Positions 37,956 through 51,147 of a DNA stretch of 64,000 bases are shown here, piece after piece. Origin of the DNA: Azolla caroliniana (lineage: Eukaryota; Plantae; Polypodiophyta). A program made the translations under genes and the position numbers. The stretch is taken from the NCBI GenBank assembly GCA_043228905.1, contig JBHGNT010000014.1, positions 13,392,001 through 13,456,000 on the forward strand. Reading direction: 5' to 3'. The first letter of the stretch is position 1. Every line of letters starts with the position of its first letter. Under the pieces are notes generated by a model. That model was not told the DNA's origin. It did no database searches and saw only the letters and a program-made list of their open reading frames with translations.

Positions 37956-38529
37956 AATAGATGTTCAGGATCTATGTATCGATTGAGTAAGCTCCTCGAT
38001 ATCGTGGCGGGGTTTGGACTGGCGTATACCCTCTTGATGGCGAATCGGGCGGAGATGGTTGTTGGATACCTCCGAGCCTCACACTCACTCAACGATTAGT
38101 AAATGATTAAGCACGATATCTCTCTCACTCTCTCAAGCTCTCTCTCATAGACAATAGATTAATAGATATAGACAATAAGAAGCAAGAGTATGTCTATTAT
38201 TAACCCTCTTTGCTAAGAGGTCTAGCACCAACAAGGAGAGAGATTAGTGTTCTCTAACTCAACACTTCACTAATCTCTCTGAAGCTCAAAGGTTACAAGA
38301 AGGAGGAAAGGAAGTTCTAGCTCTAATCAATAGGAGATCTTTACAAATGGGAGAACCCCCACAAAGCCACTACTATGTGGTTTATATAGCTTTCACGTTT
38401 AGGGTATGGGCCTTTCACATTTGACCGTCTCTTTGCTTTCCTTTCCTCTTGCCATTTCCTCTTCGTACTACGTCCTTGTTGATGCGTTCTTATTTGTGAC
38501 TGGTTGTGTTGTTATCCCAACGCTTAACA

Positions 38530-39987
38530 ACCACACAAAAAGGCGATCGGATGCAGATGCATTTACAAAGTGAAGTACAATGCCGACGGTTCCGTCAACC
38601 GCTATAAAGCGCGACTCATAGCGAAAGGCTACGCCCAAACGCACGGAGTTGACTACAAGGAGACCTTTGCCCCATTAGCAAAGATGACAACGGTACGGAA
38701 TGTAATTGCACTTGCCGCGGCAAAAGGGTGGCACCTCCATCAAATGGACGTCAAGAACGCCTTTCTACAAGGCGAATTAGAAGAGGTGTACATGATACAA
38801 CCACCCGGCTTCAACTCAAGCACCCATCCGAAAGTTGTATGCCGATTCAAGAAGCCACTCTACGGCCTCAGGCAAGCATCGCGTGCTTGGCATTCGAAGA
38901 GAACGCAATATCTTCATCAAATCGGCTTCCGTATGTCAAAATCGGACAACTCCCTCTACATACGAAGTGATTCTGCAAGTCCGATCGTCATCATCTTATA
39001 TGTGGATGGCCTAGTCATTGGAGGTGAGCATCTCGTCGAAATCAATAAAGTCAAATCCCTCCTTTCCGAAAAGTTCGAGATGACGAACATGAAGGAGCTC
39101 CACTACTTCCTCGGCATCAAGGTAATTCAGACTCAAGCCGGAATCATGATCTCTCAACGGCACTACATCCTCAACTTGTTATACAAGTTTGGGATGGCTG
39201 AGTGCAAATCCGCGGCAACCCCGCTCAATCGCAATCTCAAACTAGATGTGAACTCCGGCACCAAAGCGTGTGAACCGACTCAATATCGGCAACTCATCGG
39301 GAGTCTCATCTACCTCACGATCACTCGACCCGATCTCAGTTATTCAGTCAGTCTCCTTAGCCAATTCGTGCAAACACCGCGTGATACTCACTTGGATTGC
39401 GCTAAGCGAGTTGTACGATACGTGAGCGGCACAATGGATTGCGGCATCCTCTACAAGACCGCGATGCCAATACGACTCGAGGGGTACACATACGCCGATT
39501 GGGCCGGCTACAAAGCTGATAGAAGATCAACCTCCGGATTTGTTTTTTCCCTCGGCAGCGGAGCAATATCCTGGAGCAGCAAAAAGCAACCAACCGTCGC
39601 TCTTTCGAGCACAGAGGCGGAATACAAGGGCACGACAGTGGCCGCATGTGAAGCCATATATGGCTCAAAAGGATACTCAAGGATCTGGGCGTACCCATCA
39701 AGGATCCGACTTCCCTTTACTGTGACAACATGAGTAGTATCTATCTGGCTCGGAACCCGGTGTTCCACGCGCGGACAAAGCACATCGAAGTGCACTATCA
39801 CTTCATCCGAGAGCGCGTTCTAGCTGGTGATGATGACCTACAACACTTCAGCACCAATCTTCAAACAGTCGACATCTTCACTAAAGCCTTAGGAACTGAC
39901 AAGCTATGGCAATTCATGACTGATCTCAGATTGACGATCCCTGACCTGCCAAGCTTGAGGGGGAGTACTGAAGACGCTACGCAATAA
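38530..39987 (+). pseudogene. Copia-3 RT-RNaseH (3' part of the polyprotein)
   Basis: RYKARLIAKGY, HQMDVKNAFLQG, LYVDG (for YVDD), YADWAG..RRSTSG, HARTKHIEVHYHF. Confidence 0.95.
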
Positions 39988-40843
39988 CGCGTGGATTCCG
40001 CAAACCGCACACACTACGCAATAACGTGTGTTTTCTGCAACCGCGCAACGAAGCCGCGAAGAGCCAACCTACCGTGCAAAGCCGCGAAGAAAGACGCAAG
40101 CCGAAGCACAGACTTCGCAACTACGCGCAACGAAAGCCAAAGCACGGATTCCGCAACTCCGCATAAAGCGAGTCAACGGGGACTCCGGAACGCGAGTCGA
40201 AGCGGATTTCGGATACCATCTGAAACCGACCCGACTTGAGCTTGAGGGAGCGTGTTCAGAATCAAGCTCAACTTGGTCTAGTGTGTGAACACAACTTGAG
40301 AGTGAATAGACATTCCAATGGTCAAGAGTCACCATTATGTCACCACTTTGTATTCTAGCATTTAGTATGAATCATAGAATCATATTCTATGACACATAAC
40401 TTATGAGCTTTCACATTCCCCATGCTCCATGAGTCTTGTAGTTAATGAAGAGAGAGGGTGACTATATAAAGCACCCTCCTCCCACCTTGGATAATGTTGA
40501 GTCTTTCTCCTTTGTTAATACACTTTACCTTGCGTATTCTTTGTGTCTTCTCCTTGTCTCTCTCTCTCTCATACACACACAGTTCATATCTATTCCGCTG
40601 CACAGAATCCATCTCTTGATTCTTTACAATAATCATATCTTCTTCTCTTACGCGTCCATGCAGATCTGGTATGTCAACTAGCTTAGAATTTGAGTTTATA
40701 TTTTCATAATATGTGAGTGGTTCATTTGTGTTGGAAGCTTGTGTGGAAGTGTCTACTATAACTTCACCAATCCTTTAAGTAGATTTTACTTAGGTTTTTT
40801 TTATTCCTTTTCATATGCATTGACACATTCCATGATTTTATCT

Positions 40844-43800
40844 TGTTGAGCGGCAAGCTCAACTGGAGCCGGTTCGGCTGAAAAGCCTGAGCCGGTAAGT
40901 GAGACAGATCGGTATGCCGGTGAGCAACCAAGCCGGCAAGCTACAGAGTCGGTGAGCAGAGAGCCGGTTAGCCGGATCCAGAAGTAACCGGAAGCCTAGT
41001 AATAAGTTAGATTACTAGGTAGTTATAGTCTCAGAGTTAGTGTCAGATGCTCGTGTGACCATTGAAGTACACAGTACTTCTGTCAGTCCGCGTAGGACTT
41101 GTATAAATAGTGTTACTGAGCACATAGTATGTAAAGAGTGTTTACTATTATTTTGAATATAACTTTTACATTCTGCTCTCTCTGTCTCTCCCACGTACTC
41201 TCTGCATATTTTCTGTTTTCTCTGCTTCTCTAACGCTTCCGCAAGCAATCGTTCACATGATATCAGAGCACGAGGGTTGAGAACCTCTATTGCAGACATT
41301 CGCCTTGAGAAGCAAAACCCAACAGGTCGCAAGAATAGACACTGAAGCGGTTATGCACAGAGGTATGGCAAGTTCACTTCCCACAGAGAAACTCGACCGG
41401 AGCAACTATGTGTCTTGGTCGTACAAAATGCATCAGTACCTATTGGGGCATGTGTATTGGAGTTTCGTGGAACGAACGAACGAAACAACACCTAATACGA
41501 CACACGAGGACTTCCCAACGTGGGAACAATCGGCAAGCAGAGTGATGTACTGCTTTGTGTCCAGTGTCGGGGATCAGCTTCTGAGCCAAATTCGAGACGC
41601 CAAGACGCCGAAGGAGGCTTTGGGGAAACCTGAAGAAGGTTTTCACCACAAGCACTACAGCCCGAAAGCTGCAACTCCGACAAGAGTTGAGCAATGTCCG
41701 ATAGAGGGACTTGTCGATGGCTGATTATACGTCCCGGATCAAAGAGATCTATGACTCGCTTGCCTCTATTAACGTCACCGTAGAGGAAGACGAGATGGTA
41801 CATGTCTGTCTTAGGGGCTTGGCGTCTAAGTACAAAGCCTTTCAGACGGCGGTTTGTACAAGGGAGAATACGCCGTCATTTTTTGACTTATAGTCGATGC
41901 TCCTTGTAGAGGAGAACCACGCCGGTGTGTCAACTAGCGCACCCACTGACAGCTGGATGTTGTACACAGAGGCGGATCGGTCCCGTGGGCGTGGTGGACG
42001 AGGCAGGTCGGCACGCAATGGAGGTGGCCGGCACAGAGATCGTGCTGACAACAATTCCGGACCCTCTGGGAGCAGGGGGAGTCAATGCGGTACTGGAGGC
42101 CGGCAAAACAAATCCGCAACGGAATGTTGGTACTATGGCAAGAAGGGCCACAAAGAAAGCGAGTGCTAGAGAAAGCGCACCGATTCGGACAAATCTGGAT
42201 CCGGCAAGGCTGGCAAGGATGGCCGGCAAAGCTTGCACTACGCAAACGAATCGGGAGGATCCAAGAACGGTAAGGGGCCAGCCTTGGTGATGAAGCACAA
42301 GGTGAACTCAATGAAGAAGACCACTTCCAAATCGAAGGAAGTGTGGTAACGTTCATTCCGGCGCGTCAAACCACATGACGAGCCACAAGGAGTGGTTCTC
42401 TTTGTTGGAGAAACTGGATCAACCAGGAGTAGTCAAAACCGGAGACGACACTCCTCACCCAATCGTGCATGTCGGAGAAATCCCTTTGAGCCACGTCGGA
42501 CAGAAGGGGAAGCTGATGAACGTGTTACACGTTCCAACAATCATGAAGAACCCGGTGTCGGTCGGACAGATCGTTGACCAGGGGATGCAAGTGCGGTTTA
42601 CGCACCTTGGGTGCTTCATTGAGGATGAGGGTGAAGTTATTGCGCAAGGGCGCAAAGACAAGAGGATGTTTATCCTTGACACCAATGACATCGGCACCGC
42701 TCTATTCGCAAAAGGACAGAAGGTCGAGTCAGACATCGACCTATGGCACAAGCGGATAGGCCACGTCAATTACGGGAGGCTTCAAGACCTGCGAACGAAA
42801 CAAGTTGTTTTCGGTTTGCCAAAGTTTAGCAGCCGGAGAGCCCAAGTATGTGAAGCTTGCCAACTCGGGAAACAACACCGGCTTCCATTCCCCACTAAAC
42901 GAAACCGGAGCCGTAACAAGCTCGACCTTATCCATTCGGATGTGTGGGGACCGGCACAGAATGTTAGTCTTGGCGGGAGTCGATATTTCGTCTCCTTCAT
43001 CTACGACTATACACGGCACACATGGATCTACCTCATTGAGCGGAAGAGTGAAGTCTTCGAATGTTTCCGGAGCCTCCAGAAGATGGTGGAACGGGAATCA
43101 GAGAGGAAGATCAAATGCCTGTGGTCGGATGGCGGAAAAGAATATTTTTCCGGCCAATTCAACAGCTATCTGCAGCAAAAAGGAATTCGGCACGAGTACA
43201 GCTACAGATACACACCGCAACAGAACGGTGTCGCCGAAAGGAAGAACCGGTCGCTTGTTGATGCGGCAAGGGCAATGCTGGAGGAGAAGAGCATGCCCAA
43301 ATTCTACTAGGCGGAGGAGGTCCGGACAGCCGTCTACATCCAGAACCGGATTGGTGACAAGGTGTCAGCTCACGAGCTGTATTTCATCTGTGCATGTGCC
43401 GGATGAGAAGCGGAGGAAGCTGGATGCAAAATGCATCCTCGTCGGCTATGCTCAAGAGCAAAAGGGTTATAAGTGTTATAACCCTCGGACAAAGCAGGTC
43501 CAAGTTAGCCGAGATATCGAGTTCGATGAATCGGCATCATGGTATTCCTTACCGACTCCAACTTCCGATCCCGTGCCGATGCCGGAGGATGAGGCTAGTG
43601 AGCCACAACCGGCCCAGGTAGAGGATGATGAAGCGTGGACTCAAGATGAGAGTCTGGAATTGTTTCGGTTGAGCGGACCGAACGAGAGACTGAGTCAATC
43701 TGACTAGTCCGATGAGGAACCGGTGAGTAGTGGAGACTTTGTCGTGCTCTCCCCGCGCAAGGAACCGAGGAGACGGTTCACACGCAAAGAGAAAGGGAAA

Positions 43801-46800
43801 AAGAAGATGTCGGAATTCGAAATCGGCAACGATGAGTCGGATCGGTGTGCATCCGACTTTGGCAAGGAGAAAGGCAAATCTTCGGCAACGAAATCCGGAC
43901 CGGCCAAGAAAGGCCTCAATACAGGCAACGGTGAATTACGCCAGTCCACCCACCAGAAGGATCCCGTCAAGCGGTACGGGTACAATGAGTACATGGCGCA
44001 TCACTATGCGTACATGACTAAGGTGGTGGAAGTGCGTGAGCCGGAGAGCTACACATAAGCGGCAAAGGACGCAAATTGGCGTGCCGCTATGGAGGAAGAA
44101 ATGCAGGCACTGGATGCCAGCGAGACATGGGACCTGGTTGACCCTCCCCGTCACTGCAAACCGATTGGATGCAAGTGGGTGTCCAAGGTAAAGTACAACA
44201 CTGACGGTTCAGTTAACCGATACAAGGCCCGGTTAGTGGCGGAGGGGTACGCGCAGACCCACGGAATTGATTACGACGAGACCTTCGCTCCTATCGCGAA
44301 GATGACGACGGTTCGTGTGGTGCTGGCGGTTGCTGCGGCAAGGGGGTGGCATCTTCACCAGATGGATGTGAAGAATGCCTTCCTTCAAGGAGATCTTGAA
44401 GAACGGTTCTATATGATCCAACCCCCTGGTTTCCAATCAGAGATGAACAAGTCGGCGGTATGTCGACTGAAGAAGTCACTTTACGGCTTGAAGCAAGCCC
44501 CCCGAGCTTGGAATGCGAAAATCACACACCGGTTGTGTAAGATGGGATTCGCGGCCTCCAAGTCAGACTCTTCATTGTTCATCCGGAAAGGCTCAGACGG
44601 TCCGGTATGTATACTGTTGTATGTTGATGATTTAGTCATCACCGGACCGGGCCTTTCTGAAATCAACCGGGTCAAGTCCCAGTTGTCGGACGCATTTGAG
44701 ATGAAGGAACTGGGGAACCTTCATTACTTCCTCGGGATTGAGGTGATCCACACCCCAGATGGCATATTGCTCTCACAACGGCATTACGCGTTTAATATGT
44801 TGTACAAGTTCAGCATGACAGAATGCCGACCTGTCTCCACACCCTTGGACCAGAACCAGAAGCTCTGTCCCAACTCCGGACCAGCCTGCAATGAGAAACG
44901 GTTCCGACAAATCGTTGGAAGCCTTATATATTTGACCATCACCCGACCCGACATCAGCTATCCGGTCGGAGTGATAAGCCAATTCATGCAGAAGCCGACT
45001 GTGGAGCACCTTTAGTGCGTGCAACGAATATTGCGATATGTAAGCGGCACGAAGGACCGGGGACTGTTATACCGGCGAAGTATAACTTTAGAGCTGGTCG
45101 GCTACACGGATGCCAACTGGGTCGGTGATACGTCAGATCGCCGATCGACTTCCGGATTTATGTTTTCTCTTGGGAGTGCAGCTATTGCGTGGAGCAGAAA
45201 AAAGCAACCAACAGTGGCTCTGTCTAGCACTGAGGCTAAGTACCGGGGCGCGACCATGGCTACCTACGAAGCCATTTGGCTTCGGCGACTGCTGCGAGAC
45301 TTGCAGATCAAGGTACCAACCCCGATCCCGATTTATTGTGATAACATTAGCAGCATGCAGCTCGCCAAGAACCCTGTGTTCCATGCTCGCACGAAGCACA
45401 TAGAAGTGCATTATCATTTTGTGCGTGAGCGGGTCCTGAGCGGTGAAGTTGAACTTCGGTATGTTCACACGGATTGGCAAGTTGCCGACATCTTCACCAA
45501 GCCGCTCGGATCTGACAAGTTGCAACACTTTACCGACATGCTTGGTGTTTAGCATCTCGACGTGCCGCAATTGAGGGGGAGAAGCAAGGGCAAAGACACT
45601 ACCGAAACGGGCAAAGGCAAAGAAACTGTTGAACCCATCGGTAAGAGAAGAACCGGAAGAAGGGGAGACAAGAAGAAGAAAGAAGTTGAGCTGACGAAGG
45701 AAATCGACACATCCGAACAAGTCGGAGCAAGCAGCTGTGGTGGCAGATTCAAGAAGGACAGAGCCAACCGGAAGGAAGAAGAAGGGTGCACTCAGGAAGA
45801 GAAGTGCATGTTGTGCGGAGGTCATCACGGCAGTAATGACCATGATGCGGAGTCGAATGAAGAATTCGATTTCGGTGAACCGGTTGAAGAAGCCGAGGGA
45901 AGCACGGAGAAGGCCAAGACCCAGACGTGGTCTGATGTGGTGAAAGGCCTGATGTCGGAAGTCGAATCGGAGGATATCACGGTGGTAATGACCATGATGC
46001 GGAGTTGAATGAAGAATTCGATTTCAATGAACCGGCTGAAGAAGCCGAGGGAAGCACGGAGAAGGCCAAGACCCGGACGTGGTCTGATGTGGTGAAAGGC
46101 CTGATGTCAGAAGTCGAATCGGAGGATACTGATTCAGACAAGAGCTGGAATGAGTCGGAGACAGCCGATTTGCATCAAGAGTTGGATCCGGATGAGTCGG
46201 ATCAACCAAAGGCCAAGGAAACACGGACGTAGCGGAAGTCAATGCCATCGCGGAGGAACCGACGGATCGGCAAGCGCCGGAGTCATAGCAGCGAAGGAGC
46301 TGAGATGGGCCTGATGAGCAAACATGCCGACCGAGAAGGTCGAGGCGCGCAGAACCAGAGCGGTTGCGGCAAATAGGACCGGGCCGGACGAGGAGCGCGA
46401 GCAAGGCGGAGCGACGCCAGGAGAAGTCGGTTGAAAGAACCGGCCACCACAGAGAATGACACTACAACCCGACCTCGAGTTGAGCTTGAGGGGGAGTGTT
46501 GAGCGGCAAGCTCAACTAGAGCTAGATCGGCTGAAAAGCCTGAGCCGGTAAGTGAGACAGATCGGTATGCCGGTGAGCAACCAAGCCGGCAAGCTACAGA
46601 GTCGGTGAGCAGAGAGCCAGTTAGCCAGATCCAACAGTAACCGGAAGCCTAGTAATAAGTTAGATTACTAGGTAGTTATAGTCTCAGAGTTAGTGTCAGA
46701 TGCTCGTGTGACCATTGAAGTACACAGTACTTCTGTCAATCCGCGTAGGACTTGTATAAATAGTGCTACTGAGCACAGAGTATGTACAGAGTGTTTACTA

Positions 46801-46910
46801 TTATTTTGAATATAACTTTTACGTTCTGCTCTCTCTGTCTCTCCCACGTACTCTCTGCATATTTTCTGTTTTCTCTACTTCTCTAACGCTTCCGCAAGCA
46901 ATCGTTCACA
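40844..46910 (+). mobile_element. Ty1/copia LTR retrotransposon (Copia-4), full length, degenerate
   Basis: 414-bp LTRs 40844-41257 and 46497-46910, perfect TSD TATCT, PBS TGATATCAGAGC at 41258, PPT GAGGGGGAG; gag-PR-INT-RT (LYVDDL)-RH fragments 41365-45552. Confidence 0.97.
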
Positions 46911-46989
46911 TATCTCGAATTTCTTCTACATTGTATGCATTTCAAGCAATTTGCCATTACATAACAAAGCAATAAGATCAACAATGCAT

Positions 46990-47900
46990 TGATCTTCCAT
47001 TTCAACAATTTCGGCATTAATAATATGAAATGACGGAATAATATCCACCTTATTGTAGCAATTAAAAAGTTTCTCATGCTTTATCTCATTCTAAGCAATA
47101 ACAATGAGATTGGCATCATCTAACAAATATGTTGACTTTCCAAAAACGAAACCAATAAAACCTAATTTCATATGTTTAGTTGCATCCTCCAAATGAATCT
47201 TAACATATTCTAGAGTATCATGATATGAAAAAATTTCTCTTATCAAATGATATTTGTACCCCTTTTATCGAAGCCGTGATGGTTGCCATATCCATAGAAG
47301 CATTATCAAATATAACACGCACTCTATGATTAGTTTGAGAATGAACAAAAGGTCAAAACCACGTATTAAAGCTAAGGGTATTAATCCAAACATTCTTTGT
47401 GCAAAAATAAGGTAATGGCATTTCCAACAATACAAGGAGGTTCCTTACCCTTTCCAATCATTGTAATTGGAACTTTTCAATTCTAGTGGGATTACAATAA
47501 ACAACTCGAGTAACTCTATCTAGCAATTTTTTCTTACCTCAAATTATTTTCGGATCTGCACTAAGCAAAAGAATTGGTATCTTGAAATCAATAAAAACAA
47601 TAAACCTGTTCCATCCATATTGTAAACACAACTAGGATCATACTCATTGACTATAGCCTTTTGAAAGAAGCCAACAATTTAGAGTCATTTTGGTCAATTG
47701 CCTCTCCTTCACGGTTCACCATACAAACTCATTGTAGCCAAACATTGGCAATGACGAAATTTCCTAAAGAAGCCTCAAGTTGCCTTGAAACATCATCAGA
47801 AATATTCATTTGTGTAGCAATTTGTCAAGCTTTCTTCATTATAGTTGGAGGCATGCAATTGACAGCCGATGAGATGCATCAATCCAAACATACAAGCATT
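46990..47900 (-). pseudogene. pogo/Tigger-like (Tc1/mariner superfamily, DDE_1) transposase relic
   Basis: Hand translation of the minus strand gives, in order, YDPSCVYNMDGTGL, DRVTRVVYCNPTRIEK, PITMIGKGKEP, LPYF..KNVWI...FNTWF, VIFDNA; boundaries approximate. Confidence 0.75.
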
Positions 47901-49837
47901 CCTCTAATTTAGGATATTTACTTTTTGATCCTCTAAAAGTAGAGCACATATTTGTACTTCATTGTTTCTTTACCAAAATTTTCGATAGCAAATTCACTTA
48001 TACCAAATTTTCTACCTATGTTGTGAAGAGGAGATGATGGTTGTTCCACTAAATTCGAAATTTGTAGCTTCTATTCAACATTCAAACGAGGTTCAATGCT
48101 TCACTTGTGGGTTGAATTCATCTATGTAAACACAAATGGATGAAGGAAGGTTTTTGACTTTGATTGAAAAGGTTTCAAATTCCATAAAAAAACACCAATT
48201 GAAGGACATGCATCTAAATTGTAAAAGTGAAAAAATAACCAAGTATAAAACATACGTGTTTTCCCAATGAATGCCTATCTACATGGAATGAAAACTACAA
48301 ACAAGTATATCTACATGTTAATAGTTAGGGATATTAAGTAAGTTTACTTTATGAAACCAAGGGTGTGCAAAGCAAGGATATAGGAAGGCCAAAGGTTCTG
48401 AGAATGAAGAGGGGGGGGCTTAAAGTCTTGGCCAAAGACTTGTTGGAGGCTTTTCTTACCCAAAACACCATCTTTTTAGAGCCATTATTGTACATTATAA
48501 TGTTTGCCTTTCCATATCCTAACATTATTTCCATTCATATGAAATAGTATTATTTTACACAAAACATGTTGCCCCTAAAAATAGATCTTCATTCTGAACA
48601 CCTCAATGCTAATGCTACATAATCCTCGAAGCTTCTATCTTTAATGCCTCTTGTAAGATTCAACTCAACCGTGATAGATATGTAATATCACTTAATGCCA
48701 TGATCTCAAATTAATCGCCTATTATCCTGCTCTAATTTGAAACTCACTAGCCATGACTTAATTCTTGTTAACCCTTTGAAATGTTTCACATCTATTAATC
48801 TTTTTAACCCTTCGAAATTGGTAGAATTTATGAGAATATGAGGTACTAGAGTCCATAGATTATGTGTTCCTTTAAACTTATATTTCTTGTTATTGTTATA
48901 ATTGACCAATGGCACGTAATTGCATGGTTGACATAAAATATAAGCATGTAAATGCTCATGGATAGCCATTGCTATATATTGGATGGTCATGCATAATCTT
49001 GGATAGAGCATGGATGGTTTTATGGATGGTCGTCGAGAGAAAAGAGCAATCTAAACTTATCAATCTTCATCAAAATCTTGCCTTGAAGTTCACCCATAAA
49101 AACAACCTTCAAGCTCAGCCATACCCTTATTGGTCTCCAAAATTGACCATGATGCCTTTGTTTTGTCAATGCACATTTAAAGGAAGTTTGAGGTTAAATA
49201 AAGTATGTAGTTATATAGGGGTTAGAAGATATTCGGGGAAAGGTTGAATGTCCAACATATTTCCTTTCTTCTTATGTAACACATTCTCTAAATTCATACA
49301 CTTGATCTAGAAATCATAGAACTCACCTGTCCTACTTTGAGATTGTGAGTGGGAGAGACTTACAATCAATGTCCAATGAATTATTGCAATACTGAAACTT
49401 GACCTTTTTGTTGGTCTTTTGCTTAGTTATACCATTCCAATTTTTTTTTGATCCTTCACTTCCTATAGACAATTCAAAAATCTTCATCGCACTTGCCAAG
49501 TCATTCTCATCCTCCTCATAGTCAACTCCTCCACTTTACATTGATCACCCTGTACAATGAAATAATGGGATCTGGAGTCAATTAAATATTTTAATCCCAT
49601 TTATTTTGAAAATACATCACATAGACTTTGGAACTAATAATAGATATCTATGTCGATGACAACTTCAATAAACAAATTGATATTATTTAATCTATGTGTA
49701 TTATGTTTATCCCAATGTTCACACTATCGAAATGCTTAAATATCTTAATTAATATGAGGTTCCAAATATATATGAAAGCGACTTGTGGTTGTAAATAGTA
49801 AATAGTAGAATATCTATAGATACTTAGAGTGTACATA

Positions 49838-50261
49838 TAACAATCGGCAACGATTCGGTTTGAACCAAACCAAACCGCGAAACCGTCGTTTAAATGGTTC
49901 TATTTGGTTTCAACAGTTAGAAACCACGGTTTAAACGATTTAAAGGTTTATTATTATTCTGTTTATTTTTTATTTTTTTAACTTAAAAAAAAATAAAAAA
50001 TTGGTTTAAAACAATCTTTTCATTTTCATGCCTTATTCTCACATTTTAGGAAAATCTTTAAAAATTTTAAAATTTAAAATTTAAAATTTAACCTAAGCTG
50101 AAAACCGAAACCGAACCACGAAATTGCGGTTTTACCAGTTTAATGGCTTAACGGTTCAATTTTTTTAATGGTTCGGTTTAACGGTTTGGTTTGGTTCAGG
50201 TTTTTAAAATGTTAAACGGTTCGGTTTGGACCTCCTTGAACTGAAATGTTGCCAATTGTTA
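49838..50261. mobile_element. hAT-type MITE (424 bp)
   Basis: TIRs taacaatcggcaac / gttgccaattgtta, perfect 8-bp TSD TGTACATA, many AACCG/CGGTT subterminal motifs. Confidence 0.85.
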
Positions 50262-50781
50262 TGTACATAGACTGATTTGTATATACGATTCACCTAACTA
50301 ATGGGAAACAGTTTTGTCTAAAAAAGAAGAAGAAAGAAGACTTTATTTACAATCTAAGGCTATTTTCTATGCAAAGATAATCAACTTATTTACAAGGTAT
50401 GACCATTTTACTTTCTCATTTTACATAAAAGTTTCTTGTTTTATTCTATTTTAATGCTCGGAAAGAATGTTTTTCGAAACTTTGAGTTCAATACCTCAAT
50501 CTCATTAGACAGAACTTCAATAAGTTCAAGCTCTACTTTTAGACAATATTTTGCTTTATTATTATTATAACTCTTCATGCATCATCAACAAGATTGTAAT
50601 AGAAAACGAATGATATATATTGGTGCCACAATTGACAAAGTGTACCATGGCTACATTCTTTTATTTGAGAAAGCATACCCTCGCTGATAAGTAGAATACT
50701 CACACTTAATGACTAGTGGGGAGGGGGTTCAAATCCAGCCATGGAATGAGTCTCCATTAATATAAATACACGCACGTATAC

Positions 50782-51147
50782 CATTGTTGTAAAATACTTA
50801 GCATAAAATACGTATATATTCTAAGTATTCTACAAATATTTTAACTTTTTAAAAAAAATACATAGAATACATCTTTTATAGATAAAATATGTTAAATACG
50901 TTAAATACTTAGAATACGTGTAGAATACTTAGAATACATGTAGAATACTTGTGAAATATGTTAAATACTTCTTAAAAGTTTATTTAAAAAATGATAAATA
51001 CTTGTTAAATATGTAGAATACACCAAATTTTTAGAATACGTCAGATTTTTCAAAACAGCAGTTCTAAAATGTAGAATACATGTAGAATACTTTAGAGTAT
51101 GCTAAAACATACTCTAAACGTAGAATACACGTTTTTTAACAACTATG
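50782..51147. mobile_element. Probable hAT-type MITE with internal TAGAATAC repeats
   Basis: Imperfect TIRs cattgttgtaaaa / ttttaacaactatg, AT-rich interior, TSD degenerate. Confidence 0.55.

Larger units (their letters stand above)
28050..38529 (-). mobile_element. Non-autonomous Athila/Tat-like Ty3/gypsy element: gag + protease-like region + large unknown ORF, no RT/RH/INT
   Basis: LTRs 28050-28616 and 37962-38529 (~15 differences by eye), perfect TSD ACCAC, Athila-type tRNA-Asp-like PBS, PPT at 28617-28626. Confidence 0.93.
24648..40628 (+). mobile_element. Ty1/copia LTR retrotransposon (Copia-3), interrupted at the start of RT by a nested gypsy-type element
   Basis: LTRs 24648-25039 and 40253-40628, perfect TSD ATAAT, PBS TGGTATCAGAGC at 25040-25051, PPT before 40253. 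Confidence 0.97.
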
